A DNA stretch of 25,045 nucleotides from a virus (taxonomy: Duplodnaviria; Caudoviricetes): positions 1 to 25,045 of the IMG/VR virus record IMGVR_UViG_3300017761_006638, one strand, 5' to 3'. Numbering within the stretch: position 1 is the stretch's first letter; each line of letters begins with the position of its first letter. The translations under genes and the position numbers were made by a program. The notes under the pieces are model-generated. The model was given only the letters and a program-made list of their open reading frames with translations. It did not search any database and was not told the DNA's origin. Shown piece after piece: positions 1 to 8,009 of the stretch.

Positions 1-59
1 CCAAAAATTGAAGTTGTCAATGCAATAATGATCGGAACAATAATTTGAATTTCACTCAT
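1..59 (-). CDS. 5' end of a predicted membrane protein, truncated by the window edge (possibly holin-like)
   Basis: ATG at 59 overlaps the TGA of the upstream gene (ATGA). Reads MSEIQIIVPIIIALTTSIF, a hydrophobic N-terminal helix. Not in the ORF track because it runs off the edge. Function is a guess. Confidence 0.55.
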   Translation of the reverse strand, partial: MSEIQIIVPIIIALTTSIF

Positions 60-625
60 TTTTTTAAGCTTTGTAGGTATTTAATTGTTTCTTCTTTATT
101 TTCTAGCAACTTTTGCTTTGAAGAACCAACCCAACGCTCTACATCTCCGGCTTCAGTGATATATGAAGTATTGGACTCACTTATTTCTTCATCAATCCAA
201 ATATTAAAATCATTTATGATTCCATCTATATCTGAATTGACAATGTGTTTCTCATAATCGCTCCATAAACCTTTAATTTTTAACTCTGTTTCAAAGTCTA
301 TTTGACAATCAAAACATCTTTTATATTGAAGATAAAATAACTTATCATTTTGCTTTTTCATGATGTTACTACAACAAGGACAAAAAAGCGGCAAATTAAT
401 TGATTCTTTTGCTTTATCTAATTTAGTAATATTTTGTTTGATTCCGTTTTTGATAGTCCATTGACGACCATCAACTTCCCAGATATCTCCTTCTTCATGA
501 AACTCTTGTTGTTTAGTATAACCAGTTCCGACAGACGCTTTTTCCCCGTATTTACCTGTCATTAGGTTACGGAGGCGTTGTACATCCTTCTGTTGGAACT
601 CTTTTTTTAAAACATTATCTGGCAT
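56..625 (-). CDS. Hypothetical phage protein with a predicted Zn-binding motif
   Basis: 189-aa ORF with CPCC...CFDC cysteine pairs; starts 3 bp after the 820-aa gene ends. Confidence 0.75.
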   Translation of the reverse strand: MPDNVLKKEFQQKDVQRLRNLMTGKYGEKASVGTGYTKQQEFHEEGDIWEVDGRQWTIKNGIKQNITKLDKAKESINLPLFCPCCSNIMKKQNDKLFYLQYKRCFDCQIDFETELKIKGLWSDYEKHIVNSDIDGIINDFNIWIDEEISESNTSYITEAGDVERWVGSSKQKLLENKEETIKYLQSLKK

Positions 626-628
626 ATT

Positions 629-3091
629 TTATTTTTTAGTTGAATTCTCCCAGCTACGGAAATACATATTTCCATCTCTGTAAGCTTCAATTTCTAATTC
701 TTTTAAATAATCATCTTCATTGACATTTTGACCTTGAATACCATGAATGCGATCTTCTAAATTTTGTTTATGATGGATCATCTCATGAGCATATGAGCGT
801 AATACATCTTTTGGATGGCGACCATAAGTGTATAAAGTGATACATTTTTGGTTTGGGTCATAATGAGCTGTACGTCCTAATATATTAACAGCATTTTCTT
901 TATCATCTTCAATAAAATTAATATTAGGTAATGGTTCAATATTTAAATCATTATCCATCATAAATATTGTTAAAGATACTAATTTATCTTTAAATTCTTT
1001 ATTATGCTCTAATCCTTTTTTAGTAATATTAGACACCACAATTTTATCTTTATGTTTATCAACTTTAAAATCAGATGGTACTATATTTTTAATATGATCT
1101 TTATAATAATCAACTCTAGATGATTCTGAAGATGTGTTGAGGGCTAAATCTTGGTTTTGTAGTGGTTCAAAGAAATTATTAGAAGAAGATTGTTGAGGAG
1201 TATTATCATGTCCGCATTTGTGACAGATATACAAATCATTTCCTCCATCTTCTATTTTCCATGTCCAATTACAATTATCACAAATTATACTATCACCTTG
1301 GGTTTTTTCAAATACTAACTTAGGATTTGAAGTTTGATAATTACGCTTACGCATAATTGTTTTAGCTTTAGCTACTATTTTATCTTTTAAAGATCCTACC
1401 TTAACAAAAGGAATATTAATATTTGAAGTTGAATCTGTAGTGACTACTTCATCTTTGTCTAATAAATTAGCTAATTGATCTTTTTTAAATGATAATTTAG
1501 TAAAAAAGTTATATAATTCTTCAGGTTCTATTTCTGGGCGGTTTCTGTCAAGATTAACTTGGTCTCCAAAATGTCTAGAAATTTCTATATCAATTTTAGG
1601 AGCTAAAGCTCTATCAGCATATCTATCAATTCTAGGTAATTCATCTCTATAAACACGTTCATCAATAATATCTAAACCTAATGCTTGTTTATATTCATTT
1701 GAAGTAATTCCATCTGGCATCCATGGGGTAATATCTTTATTATTAGATAATGCTGCTCTTAACCCTGTAGCACTAATGTCAACATTATCATTTTGAAATG
1801 CCCCTACATCTTCAGCTTTACTATTTTTATATCTAGGATCTATACCTACATTTTTATATTTACTTTCTTCTCCTTTACCATATACAGCTAAATAAGAAGT
1901 ATCTTGATCAGCTTCAATAGTATCTAATGTTTGAGTAATTGGAGAAGGAGATGAAGCGATAACTGCTCTTACTTTTTCTAAACCTAATTTTGGAATAAAA
2001 AGATTATTCCAAATATTTAAACTTTGTTTAGCGGTGATACCTTCATGTTCTTTAGGAGAAATAATAATAACTATTTCATCTGCTTTATTCATTAAAGATT
2101 TAACTGCTTCTAAATGTCCTTTATGAGGGGGTTTAAATTTACCACCATATAAAGCTATTGTTTGTTTAGGTAATTCAAAATTTTCTGGGAGTAAGTCTTT
2201 AATTAAGGATTTTACTATAGGTTTAAATGGTTTATTTTCTAATAAACTATCAACACTATCTAATGCTTTTTGTTTATTATCTCCTTTAGGTGTATTTACT
2301 TCTCCACTTTTAATGGATACCATAGATTTAAATATACCTTTTACTCTATTTTTAGATCTAGAATTTGTTAATTTTTTAGATAAATCTGAAAGTAAAGTAG
2401 GGAAATCTGAGTCTATGCTATAGTCTTTAAAAAGGAGTTTTATTTTACTCCAATTAGAACTTTCCCAAACTTCAGTACGACCTATTTCTTTAAAATTATC
2501 TAAAGTGACTATACGTAAAGTTAACCTTGAACTAGAAAGATTAAATTCATATTCTTGGTTTGGTCCAAGTTCAGGAACATTAGTGATACCTAGACGTTTA
2601 AATATTTCTTTAGGGTCCTCTTCAAGACATATTACTTTAGCTAAACCTAAAAGTAAACCTTGAATTTCAGCTGGGTAGTCTAAGAATGTATTTTTAAATG
2701 TTGATTCTTCTTCACTAATAGATACAATATTATCTATTTGAACAAATTGACCAGGGTAACCACTTATTGGATATAATATAGTTACTAATTCCCCAGTATT
2801 CATAAACTTTTTACCACTATATTTTTCACTCTTAAATGGTACTATTATTGAATCTGGTAGTGAGCTAAAGAATTTAGCTAGTTCTTGCTTAATTAATTTT
2901 TTATCTACACCTTCTAATTGTACAACTAAGTCAATATCTCCAAAGTCTTTTTTAGTTCCTGTATTATATGAACCTGTTACTTTAGCTTGTTTAAATCCAG
3001 GGAATTTAGATAAAACTTTATCTATATAATTATCAACAGTAGATTGTACTGCTTCTCTAGGTATTCTATTTCCACCTGCTGATCCTGACAT
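629..3091 (-). CDS. Multi-domain protein: Pol-beta-like nucleotidyltransferase + HxGH (cytidylyltransferase/NadD/CoaD-like) domain + possible RNase-like domain + Zn ribbon + HExxH metallopeptidase
   Basis: NTase motifs G40-S41, D52-x-D54 (TGSYNTGTKKDFGDIDL) and third Asp D120 (VQID). HxGH domain: YGGKFKPPHKGH (H323-H326) and ISATGLR (from 439). Zn ribbon: CDNC..CHKC (604-626). Peptidase: HEMIH (769-773) with downstream ELEIEA. Confidence 0.85.
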   Translation of the reverse strand: MSGSAGGNRIPREAVQSTVDNYIDKVLSKFPGFKQAKVTGSYNTGTKKDFGDIDLVVQLEGVDKKLIKQELAKFFSSLPDSIIVPFKSEKYSGKKFMNTGELVTILYPISGYPGQFVQIDNIVSISEEESTFKNTFLDYPAEIQGLLLGLAKVICLEEDPKEIFKRLGITNVPELGPNQEYEFNLSSSRLTLRIVTLDNFKEIGRTEVWESSNWSKIKLLFKDYSIDSDFPTLLSDLSKKLTNSRSKNRVKGIFKSMVSIKSGEVNTPKGDNKQKALDSVDSLLENKPFKPIVKSLIKDLLPENFELPKQTIALYGGKFKPPHKGHLEAVKSLMNKADEIVIIISPKEHEGITAKQSLNIWNNLFIPKLGLEKVRAVIASSPSPITQTLDTIEADQDTSYLAVYGKGEESKYKNVGIDPRYKNSKAEDVGAFQNDNVDISATGLRAALSNNKDITPWMPDGITSNEYKQALGLDIIDERVYRDELPRIDRYADRALAPKIDIEISRHFGDQVNLDRNRPEIEPEELYNFFTKLSFKKDQLANLLDKDEVVTTDSTSNINIPFVKVGSLKDKIVAKAKTIMRKRNYQTSNPKLVFEKTQGDSIICDNCNWTWKIEDGGNDLYICHKCGHDNTPQQSSSNNFFEPLQNQDLALNTSSESSRVDYYKDHIKNIVPSDFKVDKHKDKIVVSNITKKGLEHNKEFKDKLVSLTIFMMDNDLNIEPLPNINFIEDDKENAVNILGRTAHYDPNQKCITLYTYGRHPKDVLRSYAHEMIHHKQNLEDRIHGIQGQNVNEDDYLKELEIEAYRDGNMYFRSWENSTKK

Positions 3092-4056
3092 TATGCTACT
3101 TTATATTTAGTTAAACTAGAGTTATCTGGGAGGAATTTGCCTTTAAGTCCAAGTCTGGTTTGGTTTTCAATCCAATAATCTTGAAGGTTAGTAGGTATAT
3201 CAGCTCTAGTAGAATCAAGAATTTTCAAATATATATCTAAAACTTGATTATATTTATCTCTACTAATATTTTTTTCAAGGTAACTTATTAACTCAAAATA
3301 ATCATTAACTACATCCGGGGTTAATTTAATATTATATGCTTTATTTAAAGCTTCTATAGCTTCTTGAGGATTAGAGGCAATCATTTCTCCAGTATCTTTT
3401 GATTTAACTCCAGCACCATGACTAAAAGTCATTCCTGCTGCTTGAAATAAAGCTACCATTAATTGGGTTCTATGAAGACCTTTAACATTATCCTTATAAG
3501 TATTAGAATAATAACTAAACTTAAGCCAATCAATATTACCTACATTAATATCAATTTGAACTGTTTTATCTTCTACTTTATTCCCATCTTTATCATATTG
3601 AGGAAATGTGCAAAATATAGATCCACTTCCAGCTGATTTAGAATCAGTAGTAATAAGTTGAGATTTATTTTCTATATCAATTGCTATTAATTGAAGTATA
3701 GCTCGTAAAGTACTTTGTAATTCTGTAGCTGTTTTAGCTTTTTTTCTTATAGTGTCATAGGTAACTTGAAATTCTTTAGGATCAATATTCCAATTTGATA
3801 AAAGAGGTTTATTTTGTGGTCCTATAAAATCATCAATACTCATACCTAAGTCTATATCTCCAGACTCATCTTTTTTACCTACTGATCCTAAGGATTCAAA
3901 TTTAAAATTTACTTTAGGATAAATACGTTTTAACTCTTTAGTAAATAAATCTAATGTAGGTAAGATATATTCTTTTTTTATTGAGGATGTTGTTCCAAAT
4001 ACATTGCCACCTTCATCAACGAGAACTTCACGTAATAGTTTTATTAAAGAAATCAT
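3091..4056 (-). CDS. Pol-beta-superfamily nucleotidyltransferase with a putative N-terminal capsid-targeting propeptide
   Basis: LGSVGKKDESGDIDL (G57-S58, D67-x-D69) and VQID (D169). N-terminus MISLIKLLRE. TAATG overlap with the downstream paralog. Confidence 0.8.
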   Translation of the reverse strand: MISLIKLLREVLVDEGGNVFGTTSSIKKEYILPTLDLFTKELKRIYPKVNFKFESLGSVGKKDESGDIDLGMSIDDFIGPQNKPLLSNWNIDPKEFQVTYDTIRKKAKTATELQSTLRAILQLIAIDIENKSQLITTDSKSAGSGSIFCTFPQYDKDGNKVEDKTVQIDINVGNIDWLKFSYYSNTYKDNVKGLHRTQLMVALFQAAGMTFSHGAGVKSKDTGEMIASNPQEAIEALNKAYNIKLTPDVVNDYFELISYLEKNISRDKYNQVLDIYLKILDSTRADIPTNLQDYWIENQTRLGLKGKFLPDNSSLTKYKVA

Positions 4057-4862
4057 TCTTGAGTTTTCTCATAAATATTAGGGTCTAGTTGAATTTCAAT
4101 AGGAAATTGCTCAGAAGATGGTTTTGGATTAGGATATTCAAGTTTAAATAATTCATGTATAGAATTAAATAATTTTAAATTTTCTTCAAAGGTACGTGTT
4201 GGTTCATATATCTCCCATCCTTTACCTTGAATTTTATCTCCTTTTCCTTCACCACGTTTAGAAGATTTTAACCAAATAATGCCTGTTTTTTCTATTTTTT
4301 CTTCAAATGTCTCATTCCATGCTTGAGCATAAGCAGCTAATTGTAAATCCATAGATGTATGGATTGAATTTGAAGTTTTAATATCTAATAACCATCTTAC
4401 TCTATCAATTTCAACAACTAAATCGCATGTTCCTGCGTATTTATATTGATCTGAGAATAGGTGGATTTCGCTTTCAATTAAAGTAGGTTTATATGTAGTC
4501 CAAAAATCATGAAATTTAAGAATTAATTTCCAAACATCCATTGAATAATTAGAATATCCTTCTTCATTTAACCATTGTATTTTTTCTCCTTTAAGATACT
4601 TTTCAATAGCATCATGTACTTGTGTACCTTCATCTGCTGCTTTTCTAGCTATAACATCAGCATTATGTCCTACATCTTTAAGCCAAGTTTCAAAAAACTT
4701 ACCTTTAGGCATAAACTGTAATATGCTTGTTACTGAAGGGTAGTAGTCTTGGTTTCGACTATAAAATCGATTATCTAAAATACTAACTCTTTTAGATGTG
4801 GGGTCTATATCTAAAATACGAGTAACACTTTTTTTATAGACATGAACATTTTTTTCTATCAT
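4053..4862 (-). CDS. PD-(D/E)xK family nuclease (phage exonuclease-like)
   Basis: YPSVTSIL, GTQVHDAIE, ESE, YAGTCDLV, LLDIKTS and LQLAAYA motifs. Confidence 0.85.
   Translation of the reverse strand: MIEKNVHVYKKSVTRILDIDPTSKRVSILDNRFYSRNQDYYPSVTSILQFMPKGKFFETWLKDVGHNADVIARKAADEGTQVHDAIEKYLKGEKIQWLNEEGYSNYSMDVWKLILKFHDFWTTYKPTLIESEIHLFSDQYKYAGTCDLVVEIDRVRWLLDIKTSNSIHTSMDLQLAAYAQAWNETFEEKIEKTGIIWLKSSKRGEGKGDKIQGKGWEIYEPTRTFEENLKLFNSIHELFKLEYPNPKPSSEQFPIEIQLDPNIYEKTQE
4071..4078 (-). promoter_or_regulatory. Putative late promoter motif ATATTTAT upstream of the NTase cassette
   Basis: Same octamer as in four intergenic gaps; lies 14 nt before the ATG at 4056, inside the 3' end of the nuclease gene. 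Confidence 0.45.
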
Positions 4863-5791
4863 ACTAGTTCTAGTTTTTTCTCAAATAAGTTTGAGAATGT
4901 TAATGGTTGGGTTGCTTGGATTAACTTAGTAAAATTTTCAAAACCCATTTCACTTGGATCTTTATCTTTTAACTCTACTAAATAAACTTCTTTTCCTTCA
5001 TTTAATAAATCCTCACAAAATGAAAGAGCTTGTTTAATAGCATCTTTATCTAATGCTATATATATTTTTTGTACTTGTGAAGTGACAAGTTTTTTCTTTA
5101 GTTTATCTTGGATGTTTTTACCTAAAAGAGGTATTACATTACGTTTAATAGCCATCATATCAAATGGACCTTCACATAAGATGATAGGTACATTCCAGTT
5201 TATAAAAAATTCAAATGGAACAATATTTCTTGATACATTTGGATTCTTATATTTAGATCTAGAAAATTCTTCAAATCCTCTAGAGGTAAAATAATTTAAA
5301 TTACCTTTTTCATCATATGAAGGTATAATAACCATATTAGAATAATGTCCATGCTCACAGTAACCAATTTGATACTTTAATATATCATATTTAGTGATAC
5401 CACGGCGTTTTAAGTAAGCTAAAGCGCGTCTACCAATGAGATTATTAGATGTCACATCAGTTAACGGGATAAATTCTTCAGGTAATTTAACCTGCTCTAA
5501 ATTAACATCTATATGCTCTGATTTGGAAGTGCCTACTAAAGAATATAATGATTGGAGCTTATCAGGTGTAGTTTCTAGATGCTTAAATAAACGTGATAAT
5601 TTTCTACCTTTAGTATTACATACCCAACAATGCCATGGATTATCACCTTTAGCATTAGTATCCATGTTTACTTCAAGTTTAGGTTTATGATGTTTACAGA
5701 ACGGACAAGTATATGCCCGATTGTTTTTAGAGGTATTTTTACCTTTACCTAAAACAGAGTCTACTAAAGTTATTAATAACTGATTCACCAT
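4859..5791 (-). CDS. DNA primase (Zn finger + TOPRIM)
   Basis: N-terminal CPFC...HCWVC Zn-binding motif; YLKRRGI and KYKNP; TOPRIM motifs CEGPFD and ALDKDA; KDPSE. Confidence 0.9.
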   Translation of the reverse strand: MVNQLLITLVDSVLGKGKNTSKNNRAYTCPFCKHHKPKLEVNMDTNAKGDNPWHCWVCNTKGRKLSRLFKHLETTPDKLQSLYSLVGTSKSEHIDVNLEQVKLPEEFIPLTDVTSNNLIGRRALAYLKRRGITKYDILKYQIGYCEHGHYSNMVIIPSYDEKGNLNYFTSRGFEEFSRSKYKNPNVSRNIVPFEFFINWNVPIILCEGPFDMMAIKRNVIPLLGKNIQDKLKKKLVTSQVQKIYIALDKDAIKQALSFCEDLLNEGKEVYLVELKDKDPSEMGFENFTKLIQATQPLTFSNLFEKKLELV

Positions 5792-5794
5792 ACA

Positions 5795-6271
5795 TTATAA
5801 TGTATGTAAGAGAGCATTAGGAGCAAAATCTTTTTTAAAGAATTTTCCTAATACATTATCATTATAACTGTTTACAAATAAAACATTATACTTACATTGA
5901 TAAGCGGTTTCCCAGTAAGTTAACTCTTTTTTAGTTCTTACTAGTTTAATAATTTTTCTAGTAAATGCTAAGTTGCCGCTTGTTTTTATTTCAGCAAGTA
6001 TTTCTTTATTAGAACCCCAATATGTGACCCAATCTGATTCTTTTTGTATTTTCTTAGTAGTGGCTTTCCTACCAGGACCAGATTGTTCAGCTAGTTCTTT
6101 TTTAGTGAGTTTTTTCTTTATATTATGATAAAGACTTTTTTTACCAATATAAAACTTACCTGTTATTGTGTTAGTGATTTTATAAATAAAACCAAAACTA
6201 TTTTCTGGGAAATCTTCTATTGTTTTAAATTCTTTGATTCCCATGTTTTCATACCAAAACCAGTTATTCAT
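5795..6271 (-). CDS. GIY-YIG family endonuclease
   Basis: GFIYKITNTITGKFYIGKK (GIY-YIG signature), YWGS, conserved Glu in LTYWE, and YNDN near the C-terminus. Confidence 0.8.
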   Translation of the reverse strand: MNNWFWYENMGIKEFKTIEDFPENSFGFIYKITNTITGKFYIGKKSLYHNIKKKLTKKELAEQSGPGRKATTKKIQKESDWVTYWGSNKEILAEIKTSGNLAFTRKIIKLVRTKKELTYWETAYQCKYNVLFVNSYNDNVLGKFFKKDFAPNALLHTL

Positions 6272-6273
6272 AT

Positions 6274-7116
6274 TTAAAAGTTTAAACCTATTTGCATTAA
6301 TAACTCATTATTAAAATTTTTATTATATGGTCTAGGGAGCTTAGCTGTAGCCATTAACTCATTATTATCATTATATAAACCAACAGTTGTAATATACGTT
6401 TGGGGGTTATCAAACCAATCTTGATTTATTATATAACCTGAGCTGCCTGAAATGAAACTTGGGTTCATAGAATAATTATACTGAGTGTTTTGGGCTCTTA
6501 TAAAAACATGATTAGATGGAGTTGGGTTTTCTGTACTAAGTACAAAGGTTGATGGGGATAAAGGTACACTACTTATAATTAACCCAACATCTGGGAGGAA
6601 AAGACCAGATATACTTGTTCCTGATCCGTATGAAAATCCACCTCCAGGGAATGTTGTTCCTGTAACTAAATTATATGCTCTTCCGCAGTTTAATATTCTA
6701 GGAGGATTTATATTACTATCATCTGTATAATTACCTATACGAAGACTACCAGGTAATAAAGAAGATTTTAAACAATTTTTAGATATTGATATAACATAAA
6801 GTAAAGTTTCTTCTGATCCTCCCCATTCAAAAATAGCATTTTTATCACCATAAACTATATTGCGGATAGCTCCATATATTTTTCTTGAAAAAGCTGTAAG
6901 AGGAGTATTTTTATTAGCTACAGCTCGAGAAAATTGTAAGTTAGCAGGATTTCCTAAATAATAACTATTTACACCATTAACTGTCCCACTATCTAAAAAA
7001 TTAGGTGTTGTCTCAGTATCACCTACAGGATTACCATTTTCATCTCTCCAACATGATATAGAAAGATCATCATTATTAAAAACAAAATCTTTAGGGTCTA
7101 TTCTTGTTAACAGCAT
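6274..7116 (-). CDS. Virion structural protein (baseplate/tail-collar-like), paralog 3
   Basis: C-terminal YNYSMNPS...YITTVGLYNDNNELMATAKLPRP shared with the two upstream genes; lies in the baseplate module. Confidence 0.7.
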   Translation of the reverse strand: MLLTRIDPKDFVFNNDDLSISCWRDENGNPVGDTETTPNFLDSGTVNGVNSYYLGNPANLQFSRAVANKNTPLTAFSRKIYGAIRNIVYGDKNAIFEWGGSEETLLYVISISKNCLKSSLLPGSLRIGNYTDDSNINPPRILNCGRAYNLVTGTTFPGGGFSYGSGTSISGLFLPDVGLIISSVPLSPSTFVLSTENPTPSNHVFIRAQNTQYNYSMNPSFISGSSGYIINQDWFDNPQTYITTVGLYNDNNELMATAKLPRPYNKNFNNELLMQIGLNF

Positions 7117-7117
7117 A

Positions 7118-8005
7118 TTATTTATCCATATTAATAACTATATTCATATCAACTGTTCTACTTGTAGGTATAGGTCGAGATAATTTACCTACTGCTAATA
7201 GTTCATTATTTGAATTATAAAGTCCAACTGCTGTTATATAAGGAGAAAAAGTAGATCCTGTCACAAAACTCTCAACATCACCACTAACATTAACACACTG
7301 TCCATTTGAGTTTACAGGATTAGTATATTCAGAACCTGATATTAGAGTTGGGTTTAATGAGTAATTAAATTCATCAGGTCTAATAGTACATTTATATTGG
7401 GTTTCATATACTGTTCTTGTTGGGTTAAAACTCACATTTCCTTTCCCTATAAAAGAATTTGCCTCGTTTGGATTTGTAATAATTATCATACCATGGGAAT
7501 ATATAACATTACCAATATATTGAGAAGTAGAACCTTTGAATATATTGCCATAACCATCATCAAAACAACTATTAACAGCTACATCACCAGGGGCTCCACT
7601 TTTTAGAGCATCACCAAATAATGATTGGGGGATGATTCCTACAGCTATTATATCATTGGCTCCTGTAGGGAAACTTTTAATAGGACCTAAACCACTTTGT
7701 AAGAAATTATCATATCTACTATTAACATTAGCTGTTAAACTTCCTTCAACTATCCTTCCTTGATTGTCAATTACAATAAAAGGTTCAGGATCATTAGCTA
7801 AAGTATTACTATAATATAATTGTTTTATAGAAGCATATATTAATGAAGCTGAAGGCCAAGGTGATGGGTTAGCTTCATCATCATCAGAGCCATAAGGAGT
7901 ATTTTTACCTCTAAGAAAAGTAACAGATGTGATGGTCTGAGGTCCATACACCACTAATGGAGATACAATTATATCTTGGGATGTTAATGATTTGAAAGCA
8001 CCCAT
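7118..8005 (-). CDS. Virion structural protein (baseplate/tail-collar-like), paralog 2
   Basis: FNYSLNPT...YITAVGLYNSNNELLAVGKLSRP; N-terminal FKSLTSQD resembles FKRLDPED of paralog 1. Confidence 0.7.
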   Translation of the reverse strand: MGAFKSLTSQDIIVSPLVVYGPQTITSVTFLRGKNTPYGSDDDEANPSPWPSASLIYASIKQLYYSNTLANDPEPFIVIDNQGRIVEGSLTANVNSRYDNFLQSGLGPIKSFPTGANDIIAVGIIPQSLFGDALKSGAPGDVAVNSCFDDGYGNIFKGSTSQYIGNVIYSHGMIIITNPNEANSFIGKGNVSFNPTRTVYETQYKCTIRPDEFNYSLNPTLISGSEYTNPVNSNGQCVNVSGDVESFVTGSTFSPYITAVGLYNSNNELLAVGKLSRPIPTSRTVDMNIVINMDK

Positions 8006-8009
8006 TCAT

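Noticed and set aside
960-967. Internal ATATTTAT directly before Met711-Met712 as a separate promoter for the peptidase domain
   Set aside because: The motif overlaps the ATG, leaving no room for a transcript start. Chance occurrence is likely at this AT content.
3085-3100. Programmed frameshift fusing the two NTase genes
   Set aside because: The junction is an ordinary TAATG stop/start overlap, seen at several other genes here, with no obvious slippery heptamer or downstream structure.
629-4056. CBASS / CD-NTase defence operon
   Set aside because: Only the generic Pol-beta GS/DxD motifs are shared. No Cap effector, Cap2/Cap3 or sensor domains are visible, and the context is a phage virion/replication region.
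4053-4862. Cas4 / CRISPR association of the PD-(D/E)xK nuclease
   Set aside because: Lacks the four Fe-S cysteines, and no repeat-spacer array or other cas genes are in the window.
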